In this document: positions 40,601-57,792 of the stretch, piece after piece
How the letters are laid out: every line of letters begins with the position of its first letter
How positions within the stretch are numbered: the first letter of the stretch is position 1
DNA from: Tubiluchus corallicola
Taxonomy: Eukaryota; Animalia; Priapulida
Reading direction: 5' to 3'
DNA length: 64,000 bases
Assembly (NCBI GenBank): GCA_030141605.1
Contig: JAQGDQ010000288.1
Coordinates: forward strand, 194,621 to 258,620
Translations under genes and position numbers: made by a program
Notes under the pieces: generated by a model
Databases searched by the model: none
Seen by the model: only the letters and a program-made list of their open reading frames with translations
Told to the model about the DNA's origin: nothing

Positions 40601-43600
40601 TACATGTAGTTTTTTCAGTAGGTCCTCTAGGTGTAATTTTAACAGGGCATACCCAGGTTCTAATGTTAGGAGGACCAAGTACATGAAAAAGACGCCGTGA
40701 CGTATACCAAATCAGTTTTAGCATCTTGATTATACATGTTAATTTTGTACTTAAAATCAACAATGAAACACGAGGCAGACACAGTTTTAAAGTCCATAAA
40801 TGTTATTTTGTAAAATTACGTATAATAAGTATAATAAAACATACAAACACTGAAGTTTACGTGCCTTTGCAATAAATAATTGACAGTAGGCCTACTGATA
40901 GACAATCGTGCAACAAAAATATATTACAATAATTAGATTTGAGGCAATTTGGTCCTTGTTTCAATCACTAAACCTTGACAAATAAGTTGCATAAATGCAC
41001 ACTTATGCCAAAAACATGAGATGCAGATTGGTCAAATAAAGTAAACTGAAAAAGCACAAATTTTCAAAAATGTGCTCACAGGATCGGTTACTCTCCTTGC
41101 TCCCTTATTAGCTACACCACTAAATTTAAAGTAGACAAAATAGTTGTGGCCTAACAAATCAAATTCTAACCGATTTCCTAGAATGGGCAGAGGCTTGATG
41201 ATATTACATGGCTGACATGGTATTACACCAGTGTAGCATAAAAAAGTCGCAGAAAGAGTAAATATCAGTTAAAAATAATTATAATTACCTGGGAATAGAA
41301 ACTGTATGCAGATACTGGACTAATGGCACAGTAAACTATTGGCACCTTTGTTCCAGCTTCGACAGGCTAAAATACATATAGACAGTCAACACATTAGGGG
41401 ACATAACTATACTGATTACCCCACATGTTAAGCTAATAAACCATTCAGTAAATGTAAAGAAATTTCTCAGTGGAAAATTTAATAAATGGCTTTCCAGTTT
41501 TGAGTTATCCTGAACGGGCACTTTTGAGGTCTTTTATAAACTATCCAACTTACCAAATGTGCTACATGGCACAGACTACATGTTCAAACTTTCAATAGCA
41601 ACATGCTTTAAAACTATATAAAAATGGTCACAACATAACATACTTCGAAACAAATATTTTGGAGCATAAAAATTTAATTAAAAAATGCCTAATATAATGT
41701 ATGATTCCATGTCATATTATTAGTAATTTACTATGAAGCTAGAAAATTAGAGACATTAAAATATTTTTGCTGTTAAATAAAATCATACTATACTATTAAA
41801 CAATACAAACAATTTAAATGCTCTACATACAATTCTTACAAGTTGTTAAAAACTATTCAAAAAACTCAAGGAACACTGAACACTCTCATTAATTTTTGGA
41901 AGAGGTGCTTACAATAAATCGCTTGCAATAGCCAAAACTTCTGCCTCCTTCGCCACTTGTCAACACAAACGAGAAGGTTTCACTGTCCTGAGAAGACGAG
42001 GTTTTCCAGGTGTTGCAGTCAGGAAAACAGAACTGTGGTACGGCGACAAGCTTCGACTCATTAACCTATCAGTAAAAAACTGTGTATTTTTATAATGAAC
42101 ACCAACAATCACCAGCAAATTGTGTAAGGTACAAAGTTACAAAGACAGTGTACAAATTTATGTGTACTGTAACAATGATGATGACGATGATGATGAGTAT
42201 ATCGAGTACTAGGCTGGATTCACTTACATACAAATATCTATGAATTACCTATTGACCCATTATGTAATTTACAGTAATGGTGTTATCCAAATCCTACCAC
42301 TCTAACAATTTCTATTTCCTTTATTAGGGTATAAATTATCAATTATGCAGCTATACTGTGCCACATCAATATGAAAAAAATGTTTAAGCTAGAAGTTAAG
42401 TCTTGAAGGCACTTAGGGTTGCCAATATTTCAACAAAATGTACACTATAAATGAGAAATTGTGTGCTGTATTGAGAAATTGATTACTTTTCACTAAATAA
42501 TAAAATTTCTCTTAAATTTCACTACAGAACAGTACAGCAGAAATGAAAGCCATTTTACAAATTAAGTTAGAATTAAGACCGGAAAATAACAAATAACATC
42601 AGTAAGCAACAGCCTGCACGAACGTCTACAATACTGGCACTGTGTGCAAAATAAGTTTACAGAAAGAAACAATGCAATGTTCAAGATAGTTTGGACTTAC
42701 ATCAGAGGGAAAGCAATGCCGAATGTATGGCTCAATAGCACCTTGATTCTGTCGTATGCTAACACACAGCAGGGATTCAAACATGTGTTCATGACTCGCA
42801 TTAACTAATTGTTCCTAAACACGATTAAAAACATCTCTATTATCACTAAAGAAGAACACATAGAACAAAAGTGTTTGATAAAAAAGAATGGTCAGTTTTA
42901 TGCAAATGATTTCAACAACAGGAGGACATTTTTATCATCAAGCAATATAGAAATTATAACAGCTGTCTCAGCAACAGGAAGCATAATACTTACATTGTCA
43001 GCGTCAAAAGTATAATGGTAATCATGTTAGTTACTTTTAGACCATTTTATTGAATGCCTTTTTAATAATCACATCTGAAACCTCAATGAATCTGTTATAT
43101 ATAATAGTAAATTTAGTTTCATTAACGGAATATGAATTGTTACCAAAACAATTCTGCCTAAAGTATGAGTGATGAAACAGCTCACTTCAGAAAGCTGTTA
43201 TTTTAATTAATAATAAATGAAATAACAGCTTTCTCAAATGAATTTTATTTAGTAATAAATGAAATAACAGCTTTCTCAAATTAAATTTTATTTAATAATA
43301 AATGAAATTACAGCTTTCTCAAATGAGCTGTTTCGTCACTCATATCCTAAGCAATTTGTAAATTGCTTTGCAAAATAAATCATAATGCCATTAATGAAAT
43401 AAAATTTACTAGCATATATTAACAATCATCATTAATGTCACAGCTGTGATTGTTAAAAAATTGTTAAAAAAATGTGCCCAAAAATAACTAACATTATTAC
43501 CTTTACACATATCACCATGGCAACATACGTATTATGCATGGTAAAATTCCAGAAAAATATCTAATAACAATATTCCGATTGTTATGTAAATTTTAACTTT

Positions 43601-46600
43601 GTGAATTAAACATAAAGCAAGACGAAAATTAGAATTTTCATCATCATTAAATTCAAATTTATATGCAAGCCCTTATTCCAAAAGTGCTTACGTGATGGTG
43701 TGATTATTCAACATACTTTAAGATAAATACCTTCCAGTATCATAACAAAAGTTACTCATCCTCCCAAGGGGCGTCAATTTTGTGTAGTCGTGTAATTTGT
43801 GCGTATTAAGCAAACAGAAATGAGACTGATTAAAAGCGATACTGGGTTTTTTATCTACTACATGTACCGAGCAAATGACACAAGAAGCTCTGTGTTTCTT
43901 CGGAAAGCAGATTAGTTTCCAAGCACATAGGCAAAATTGGGAATGCCCATAAACGGAATTCATTGAAATAATAATGACAGAGTATTTCAGGAAGACATAA
44001 AGCGAAATTGTGCAAAGTATGTAATAATTTATTCTTAAGGGCAATGTGGATTATATCAAGTGCTTTCTTTATTATTATTATTATAAGTCTTTACCATAAT
44101 CATAATCATTTTACAAGACATTAGTACAACGAATAGGAATATATACAGCATGTACACATTATCTCTAATTGCAAATCAAGTGAGAATAGCAGCATCATGA
44201 GTTTAAATACTGACAAGTGTAATCTTGTTGTCTGGCTTCACTGAGCACTTACAAGGTCGAAACTGCTTTGTTTGGATTGCAACTGCATTTTTCGAGTACA
44301 GAGTTTTGTACAGTGAAGGTGGCATGGGATTACAGGACACACTTGCCCAAAAACATGGAAGGTCTTAATAAACAGGTAGCAAGAATGGCATAAGCATCTT
44401 GATCATTCACCATATAATTCGCTTTAGTGCAGCAAATACTTATAAAGGTATTCCAATTACCAGGATGGCATTAGGTTTTCCATTGAACACAAAGCGAAGC
44501 TCTTACCTAAAAATGCCTGCTGATCTGTCCTGAGCAAATAAGAGTGAAAAAATACACATGACAGCAGTATTGAGACAGATAAGTAATCATGGAGGCATAT
44601 AAAAATTTACCTGTTTTAGCAATGCACCTTTGCACCGGGATTTCACAGATCGCACGTAGGAAAGACGTTCGGTAAGCTGCTTGTGCGATATCTCAGTGTC
44701 GCTTTCTTCAGCAGCTAAAACATGATAATGAAAGTAAATCAATGTTGCACGCCATGTATGTTACAAAAGTGCTGAGGGTACATCGTTAGCATAAATTTGC
44801 TAACGTAATGTAATTATTCAGGCTTGTGCATATATTTCTACAAGGATTCAGCTTGCGTAGCTGCTTTCCTTGCATAGCATCTTATTACTTGGAAATTCTG
44901 TTCCCATATGCAGAAGACATCTTAAGAATATATTTCTATAAGCTGTCTAGCTTGAAGAACGCAATGTTCACTACAGTATGCTTCATTGCAACATCAGTAC
45001 GGTACAGTATGCAGGATGCTCTAACCCTCTCGATTTTTAATTTCCGTTCCTGATTTAAAAATCTCCATTTACAGATTAAGTATTACAAATAAAGGTAACT
45101 TGGTTTTTTATCTTTTTGAAGTCACAAAAGCTGAAAATAGTAGGTAAGATAAAATGCAAACTTTGAAAATTAAAATAATTTAAATTATTTTATGAAAAGG
45201 TCATACTACAAAAGAGCTAATGCAAATGCTATTGCAGATGCAAGGTAAAGTTTTACATTTGTAATAAAATACAATAATGTGTCATATATAAAAGCATTGC
45301 AACATTACAATTTTTATGGTCCGATAAATAAATGCATACCTACGCCAAGACAAAAAAACTTAAAAATTATTTGCGCATTATGTCTTAGAAGATGAATAGT
45401 TAAACAATACCATTATCAGATTCATCGGCTTCGTCAATATCATCTGTAGCATCGGATCTTTGATCTTCAAAAGCTTTTTCCAGTTTTTGCTTCACAACCG
45501 TGTACTGGCGAGGTTTGGGTGGCAAAACTTCATTATCCTCATCAATTTCATCATCTACGCGATTCCTGGATCGGGTGCCGCGAACTAGAGCAGACTGAGA
45601 GCGAGGCCGATGGCGTACTTTCTGAGCCGTGGGATTCTGAAAAAAACATCCAAACCACCAGATAACTATATGAACTCCAACATAAATGTAATTTTGATTT
45701 TACAGTAGAATAAAATTTGCTTCAGCTGACAAACCTGATAAAGCGAAGCAGCACAAATGACATGTAAAAAGTAAGTAAGAGTAAAGAAAACTACTGATAC
45801 CAGAATACGTAGTGATCAAGCTGCTTGTGTAGTCACTCTCTGATGTCGGATGTGGTTAAATTTGATTTCCTATTAACTCACATCAAATGTCAAGCACACA
45901 ATGATTTTTCTCCATATATGAATAACCAGGTAACTCACATGTTACTTAATCCATAAGACTCACTTTTTGCCCATAGGATATGACCTTAATCAGGGTTAAC
46001 TGTATAAATCAAAGTGAGAAAAATATGGTGCAAATGTTTCTGCAGACTGACATTTTAGTTTACGGAATACACACATTCAAAAAACCCAGAAAATGCGGCG
46101 ATAATGCGCAAAATGTGTGATAATCAGACAGCGAAAGGTCTGGAATGTGACTTTTTAAGCCATATTACGCGAATTGTGTTACTAGTTATCGCATACTAGA
46201 GTACATTTTGCACATTCTGAAACTAAAGACATCAAATCCAAATCCAAATTACGTATTGCCACAGGACTTTTTGCACGTGTATGCACCCTTAGAAACTAAA
46301 GAAAACTAAGAATTCACATAAACATTACCTTAACACTGAGTGACCGTTGTTGCATTTTCTCACTTTTGAAAGGCACTGCATACCCGTAACTGTCTATTTC
46401 CGGTGTCACGTGCCTCCGTATCTCTTCGTATATGTTTTCGCAACTAGCAGACTTTCGTCGCAAATTGCCACATCTTCTACCTCGAGCCAGCTCGTCATAG
46501 TTACCCTCCATCTCGATAAAAAACTGACTACGGGAAGCCGCAGGATGCAGTTCATCATTAACCTTTCTTGTATTCTTCGGAGTAGGTGGTCTACTCGGAA

Positions 46601-49600
46601 TGGGCGGCTTAGCTCTGGGTAACGTTGTATAGCAATAAGCTGTAACTTCTGGCTTCAATGCCTGTCCACGGCTTTGAGGAGGAGGTGGTCGAGGTGGCGG
46701 CTCTTGTCTTGTTACCCTTGATACAGAACTTGGACTAGGAGAGTCAATCCTCTGATCAACCACCTCACGTTCAGAAATCTCGGTTATCTTTGTCAAACTG
46801 TTACGTTTAACCGGTTGAGGGGGTGGCTTTGAAGTAGGCCGGGCTGGAGGCTTTTTCCTAGATTTATTACTCAAACTTTCAATTTCGACACCAAGTGACG
46901 CTGCTTGCATGCCATCTTGACCACACTTGTTGTCAATAGTGAAGACATCATGTTTAAATGTTCGAGGAGGTTTTTTCGGTGGCACAGGTCGAGGAGACCT
47001 CACCGAAGCACTCCTGGGATCATGATCTGTCAAAATACCTGGTTTAACCGGTTTCAGGGGAGGACGTTTTGCGGGACTAGGAGGTGGCGATTTTTGCAAA
47101 GAAGAATCAGCACCATGGGCTGACAGCAGTGTTGTATCTGAGTCACTATGTGACCAGTTGGCACTGATGCCTCCATACAGAGGAACTTTTACAACAGTCT
47201 GTTCATTGTCGACATCATCGCGGCTATCACAGTCTAAGATATCACTTTCTTTACCATCAGGCTCTTCACGGTCATCAATTTTACTCACTTCAGAATCACA
47301 ATCACCATCTCCATTTCTTGATGCCAGGGCAATTTCAAACATTTGTCTACGCTGCGATATAATATTGTTTTGCTGAGGGCATGCGGAATCTTCAACAACA
47401 TAGTCATATGCATTAGACTGATCACTCTTTGGTCTAGTTTCTGTCCCTGATGCATGATTTGTAGATTTCCTCCATTGTGGAGGTGTTGACGCAGGTCGAG
47501 CAGGTTTAACAGGGGCTTGTCTCGGCCGTGGAACTGGTTTTCTTGTCGTCTGTTTCGGGTCATCAGATTTTTCTTCTATTTTCTTAATCTGTAAATTGTC
47601 AAAAACAACTTTTAGATCTGCTCCAAAAGAAAAAGCAAATTAAAACACATGTCTGTATCACTTGAAGATGTTTAACAACTCCTCCTCAGCCCTACCCCAG
47701 AGGTTTAGCCTACAAGTTTCGTGATTCTAGATAATATAATTTAGAGTTACTGACTGTAATGTCCAGTACAGAGCCGCTGCTCGGTACCTAAATACATACA
47801 AAGTGAATACATAATAAATACAAAAAAACTGTGAATTTACTTAAAGCATTTAGAAGTTGAATGCTGATTCAAAAACTGACCAAGCTTTTGTGTCCTTGAC
47901 CCTTTGACCAAGGTCACCAATCGCCACACCATTTTTAAGATCCCTAACACAGGTGTTTACTCTTCGTGAATACAACCCTCTTCACTTGCAAATTAACATG
48001 AATTAAAAGTGAATGCCCTAATTTTCACATTGGCCTCTATCTTGGGCCCTAACTTAATCCCAGCCTTTTTAACCATACCATTATATGAGCCCCCTACCCT
48101 AGCTGACATCTCTGCAAGTTTCATGACTGTTCTTACTATGGTTTCAGAGTTATTCATTGCATTTTGGTTCCTATCTCGGGCCGGTAAAGAATCTCAACTT
48201 TTTAAAAGTACAAGCACACACCTACTACAGATTACCTAAACATGTATTAAAAAAATCTGAATTTAACTCAAGACCCTATGAGGAGTTGAATGGTAATCAA
48301 AAATTACCCAATGTCCAGAGTCCTTGACCTTTGACTGAGGTCACGACTCACCATACCACATTCAACGGTCCTACCCAAGATGTCCACACTGTAAGATTAG
48401 TGACTCTAGTGAGTGATGCAGAATATAAAACTACACACGAATGAATGGTTTGCAAACCTGATCTACTACGGAGCTCTTCCGGTATTTCTGCAAAAACTGA
48501 TGGTCCGCCCCATTCTGGCCATCACGCTCCTCCTCCTCCTCCTTCAGCTGATCACTTTCAAACGATTTTCTTCTTGTTGCAAATACTTCAGAACCTACAA
48601 AAACCATGATGCCAAACATCGTTACAACAGCTTATCATTCATCATAATCACAGTTCTCACAGTTTTCAAAACGTTTTCATAGTTCTAGCAACTGATGACG
48701 ATCGTGAGAAGGCCAAAGATTAAGTGAACCAGACAATGCATTTGTGTACACTTGACAATGTCTCGCAGCACATATTACTGTAACAGCAAGAGTTCTAACA
48801 GCTAGCCAGAACCTTACCTAGTTCATCTTTTCTTGTTCCCAAGCAAGATCCTGCTAGTAAATCATTCTATGCACAGACTAATGCATAATTAAATAAAGTC
48901 CATGTAAAACAACTAACGTTGCTGAAATGACGATTGTAGTTAAGACGTGTTGCTGTGGTACACTTAACCTTTGACCTATAGCAACTCGCATACACACAAC
49001 AAAACTGCAAAAAGACTTATTCATGAAACACATGGAAAAATCTGAACTCACATCTGAACAGAATAATTATAAAATTGTAAATGCACTAAACAGAGTAGCA
49101 AAAATTCTAGTTTTTCTTGCATTATTATGAGATTTCGTATCTAAAAGTTGTGAGTTTTAAGTGCTGGTAATAAACATTAATTTAATATGAATAAACTTGT
49201 TGATATTGTTATTTATTCTGAATTCTTTTTTCATACATGGAAAGAGAGAACAGAACATTTTTCTGCAGATGACAAGTTCTGACCTCAGTAGCTTGTGGTA
49301 TATCAAATAAAGTCTTAAGCCAGGGTTTCACAAGGCAACCACTTTTTTGCAATAATAAAAAATGGTGTTTTCTCTGGAGCAAAAATCAAGAGAATATTGC
49401 AAAAAGTTTGCGCGGCATACCTGTGCATATTTGGCGATTTCTGCAACATTTATACGACAAGGCGAATGTTGTATGATATTCGTGCAAGTATACTGCGATA
49501 ATTTCATGACAATTTCATGGAATTTTTGCAGAAAGAAGTGCGGGACAGCCAAGGTTCGCCAAAATGTCACAAAATGGTCGAAAAATAGTCACAAAGTCGT

Positions 49601-50649
49601 CGCAACATTCTCAAAAGCGCTTCATTTACAACACACTCGCAATTGTTTTGCGATTCCCTAACAAACTTTTGGCACAGGATTGGTGGCTGTTATAACGTAG
49701 ACATTTCTGGAGAGTCACTAATCCCGTGAAAGCCTGGCTTTAATGGGACAAACTGAATGGTGTGCACTGACCCAAGATTAGTTGAACCTTTATCCATGAT
49801 TTCATGGGTGAAAAAGTTGAAAGTTCCAATTTCACAAAAATGAAATTCAATTCCTAGCATGGTAAAAAAATTGATACCAGTAATGTTATGAATTTCTGAG
49901 CTCTGACTTATGTGTTATGGGTCAAAAAAATGACAAATTCCAATTTTGTTTTTTCACCAACATCGACGTTCCCAGATCTTGGCACCAACAAGTAATGCAC
50001 ATTTTTTAGTTATTAATACAAAACAAAACTGGGAGGTAAAGCATTTAATGTCTCAGAACCAGAATCTTACCACTGTTTTTGAGACAGTCAAAAATGTCAA
50101 CTAACTTTATATTTTTACCTAAGTTAGCATTGTTTTAATTTTTAAATTAGAATATAACACATTGTTGTTTGTAGAAACAACACACTGAAGACCTCATATT
50201 AGTGACTAAACCCATCTGGAAAGCTTATGTTTTTGTATATATTTTTGCTATTAATAAAATGTTAATTCCTAGGAAGTGGTTACTTTTTAGATTAAAAGCA
50301 ATATAAAATACCTGTTTTGGTCTCAAAAAGCATGGGGCAAGTCTATAATAAATTATAGCAACAAAAGACCAGTTTATAGAGACAAAGCATATTAGTGTGG
50401 CACTACTGTTGTTCTTTGGTGACACATTGCGTTTACTAATGTAAACACTACTTTTCGAACTCTCTTTTTTGGTAATAAAAAATTACCTTCAGGAAAACTT
50501 AATATGAGCACCATCACTATTGTTGCAGCTGCACTTCAGAACATTAGCCCACAGCAGCTCAATTAAAAACCAACAAAAATGAATATAATTCATTCAATGT
50601 ATATTGTTACCTGGAGATCGCACTGAAGTTTGACGATGCATGCTTTCAT
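31640..50649 (-). CDS. DENND2: DENN domain protein of the DENND2/ST5 family (Rab GEF)
   Basis: Phase-consistent GT-AG exons: 50611-50649 (tentative start MKACIVKLQCDLQ), 46329-47588 (Pro-rich, ENIYEEI), 45411-45636, 44611-44714, 42701-42814, 41913-42065 (AVPQFCFPD...SETFSFVLTSGEGGRKFGYCKR), 41289-41366, 40247-40369, 38529-38698 (RPADSRLEQVDY...LLERRVLF), 36681-36858 (LLYPFCWQHTFIPVLP...CSPTPFVIG), 35845-35968, 35018-35133 (ISEAFIRLF), 34335-34461 (FTETQMF), 33291-33395 and 31640-31722 (TGA). Confidence 0.92.
34774..34996 (+). mobile_element. tRNA-derived SINE in a DENND2 intron
   Basis: Pol III A box TAGCTCAATGG (34781-34791) and B box GGTTCAACTCC (34824-34834), followed by a non-tRNA body and an (ATT)n tail at 34984-34996. 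Confidence 0.75.
43066..43451. mobile_element. Foldback element with long imperfect inverted arms and an internal tandem repeat
   Basis: Arms pair co-linearly, e.g. tatgagtgatgaaacagctca / tgagctgtttcgtcactcata and tagtaaattt..tttcattaa / ttaatgaaa..aaatttacta. The centre holds about three copies of a ~42-bp unit containing taataaatgaaataacagctttctcaaat. Confidence 0.7.
47670..48550. repeat. TGACCTTTGACC-motif repeat element, probably a non-autonomous DNA element
   Basis: Internal duplicated units gtccttgacc(c)tttgac..aggtcac at ~47892 and ~48320, with repeated tacaagtttc(g/a)tga motifs. This motif class is common in mollusc and fish repeats. Confidence 0.45.
49318..49739. mobile_element. 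PIF/Harbinger-type (Tourist-like) MITE
   Basis: TIRs agccagggtttcac / gtgaaagcctggct match at 13/14, flanked by TTA on both sides (49315-49317 and 49740-49742). Confidence 0.8.
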
Positions 50650-51339
50650 GACTCATTCATCCGTGGTGGGAACTACCCAAACTTGAAGTTAACAGTTAAA
50701 TATTAAGCAAACCTAACAAAAAATCAATAATCTTATTCACATACAGTACAAGCACTACATTACAAGCCTCAAAATAGAAAAACTTACAAAAATGTAAGAG
50801 TTGGATATGAATTTGTCACCACCATGTATTGCAGACGAACCAGATATATTGCATGTGTTTTATAAATTTATAAATCTTACAAAAACAATACATATCAACA
50901 ATGACACAGTCACACAGCACTACCATAGTTGCTGACCTACTTATTTACTACACAGTTAGTTCACAACGATGTGTAATAAAGTACTACTTTGTTTTGTTGG
51001 GTAAACTTTTTGCTAAGTTATTTTTTGTCTTTAGTTCTTTAATTTCATAGTTTAAGCTATGTTAGCTTAAGCGTTTATAAAATAATTCACAAAAGCGTTT
51101 TTGTTGAACCACATTCTTAAATCGTGTAGTTAATCTTACAAAGTGACTTGACGTTCTTTACTAATCACTATTTTTATTACTTTTTACCACTGCGATTACT
51201 CCATGCTGTCTTTCCAAAGAGTCCGCTGCAAAAGAATAAATCGAAAAGTCATTTTCCCAAGCAAGGGTCTGGATCGCAAAATAATTTACTTGCGGAAAAT
51301 AGGAAAACGACCAAATTAATCAACCAAATCTTTATCGTC

Positions 51340-51405
51340 AGCTGTACCGGATACGGAAGTTGCGCGAAGACCTGCGTCGTTATGCCTTTTTACTGATGTA
51401 GACAA
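51340..51405 (+). promoter_or_regulatory. RPL27A core promoter (TCT/5'TOP initiator, ETS site), probably bidirectional with DENND2
   Basis: CGGAAGT at 51354-51360; polypyrimidine CCTTTTT at 51385-51391, ~20 nt before the ATG. A minus-strand GTAAGA donor at 51134-51139 suggests a DENND2 non-coding first exon starting in this region. Confidence 0.6.
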
Positions 51406-55350
<3,945 letters not shown>

Positions 55351-55884
55351 ATTCACATTCATGTATATAAACTGAATAATAACTTGAGTATGGGTAGGAC
55401 TCGTGTTTGTTTGTTTCATTTTGCCGCTATGCTTGTTTGTAAGCAAAAATACAAAACTAAAAGGCTGTCTTAAATTATTACCGTAACTTTATCGAAACAA
55501 ACACGTATTTTGTCAAGATTCGCCGCTATTTAAAAACGTCAAAAAATGCACCAAAAATAACAATTATGTCACATAGCACCAAACCAGAAGAGTGGTGAAA
55601 AGTCCTTTGCAGTATCATACCTAAGTTCACAACACAAGCGTAAGTTAGTATCAGAGTGTAACTAACTGTTTTACATGCTTCGCAAACAGGCCTGAATTTT
55701 TCTAGTATTGCATCGATTTTTGCCAAGTGCTATGCAAACTAGTTTTGCATCATAGTCATTGTTAAACTTCACAGTTAAACTTGCATTCTTGTCTCTAAAG
55801 TTACCAGTTTTGCTTTTTCGAGTTTGTGTATAAACTAAAATTACCAAGTTTGTCACTGGTAACAGCCACATACTATCGAGTAAA

Positions 55885-56212
55885 CAGTGGCGTAACTGAT
55901 AGGGGAGCAACCACTCCCCGAGTATATTTTTCAAAATTGGTGCCTTTTCAACGTTTTTTCTTATTTGCATGTTTAAAATTTAAATACCACACACGTTCTA
56001 TGATATTTTGAGATTGATGAACTTACTGTAAAACACTTTACAGTGTTTGAATTTTAAATACAAAATAACAATTATGTACTTCCTCAAGAAGTGTATCTTC
56101 CTCGTGTTTTGATTTTAAACTCAAAATTAAAATGTATAAAAGTGCATAAAAAATTGTCATGGCGTCTTTATATCCTTGCTGGCCGTAACTTTAGAACCTG
56201 GCTATGCCCCTG
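55885..56212. mobile_element. hAT-type MITE
   Basis: Termini CAGTGGCGTAAC / GCTATGCCCCTG; 8-bp TSD cgagtaaa / cgagcaaa (7/8). Confidence 0.75.
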
Positions 56213-57792
56213 CGAGCAAAATGTATCTTCACGTTTGTCACTGGTAATTGCTGCATAGTACTGTGCAAATTTTTATCTTGTCCACCATAATTGGGTACTG
56301 ATACACTGCCTACTTGTCGCTAGCTTCCTATGTAAGAGTTGCAGTGTTCTGTACTGAGCTGTGTATCATCACAATTATCCACAACAGTTTTGGAAAATTA
56401 CATACATCTACTAACATGGTGCACATGATATTTGAAGGTTAGTGTTAGTGGTAGTGCTAACCGATGTTGTGCTGTAGTAAGAAAAGATAGACAAAAACAA
56501 CTAATTCAGTTTCGTGACAGGTTAGTGTAATGGTAAAATTATCAAAACTAACTGTGCAGTCAAATCTTGCTAACACAATTTGGCTTTTAACAAAACTACC
56601 AATAATAGGACACATATCTTTCTTGTAAATAAACAGTCAGTATTATTTCTAACATTCACATTAGTAACAATACGCACTGGCTCTTGTTGTCTTAAAAGGT
56701 CAGTTGTGTCACTGTAACCTCGTGCTGCTGCAGTTTGTCAAGTGCATACTGTGAGCGCAAATATTCGATGTACGTAATTATTTCCTCAATAGAATTCCCA
56801 AAGCTGAATTTAATCACGGGGAAGATTTTTTAATGCACAGTAGCTTGACGGCATAACAGGAATAGTAGAATGTGAGCTTGGTTACAAAGTTAAACAATGC
56901 TGGGCCCGATTATTGAGCAGACAGTAGCATGTAGTAAGCCCAGCTGTTGAATGACAGTGTGCCAAAAAGTATGGAAAAATAGTGTGAAGCACTATTACTA
57001 GTTATGCTTAATTTTTTGTAAGATACCAAACAATTTATACAAGAAACCTATCATGAACGCTAGAGATATGTGCAGCCTTTAGATAAATTACCAGAGTAAA
57101 AACAAGGGTAGAGAAAATAAGCTCAATGCATACGGTTTATTATCAACGTGGCGTTTATTTTTATTATCAAATTATACGATAATTCAGCAATAAAACATAA
57201 AAAAATACGTATGCTTTTGTAATTACTTAAATTATGTTGAATTGACTTTCCTATATGTGTAAATTAAAAACTAAAAAACATTTGGCGTTTCTATGATTGT
57301 ATCCTCTTCTGTTGTTATTGTCCTTAACTAGCGTTATGTTATCAGCTATGCTAGATTACATTACGACTCGCTTGTTATTATATCACTGTATTACATTATG
57401 TTACGTTGGGTTACCTTACATTACATTACACCAATAAAGTTTTGCAGTTTTCGAATAAATTTGCAGGATGATCATTCAAAAAGAGCATCTCTACCAGAAT
57501 GGTACCTCAGTGCATACAGACACCGACATGTTAATATTTACGAAACAGGATTGGATCAATTCAGATCTAAATCCGCGAGCTATCCGCCTGGTCAAGCATC
57601 AATTACATTATGTTCATGTCAAGAACTAGATTAGTCATGACTAACTACACCTCATCCATTGAGGCTTAGTCGTACACTGTAATTGTGTGACTAAGCTGTT
57701 TGCTTAGTCACAAAAATCTCTCTAAACCGCTGCTCGCGGATTAAAAATTATTGCTGCTTAAATGTTAATGATGAAGCGTAGGACGGTAGGCG

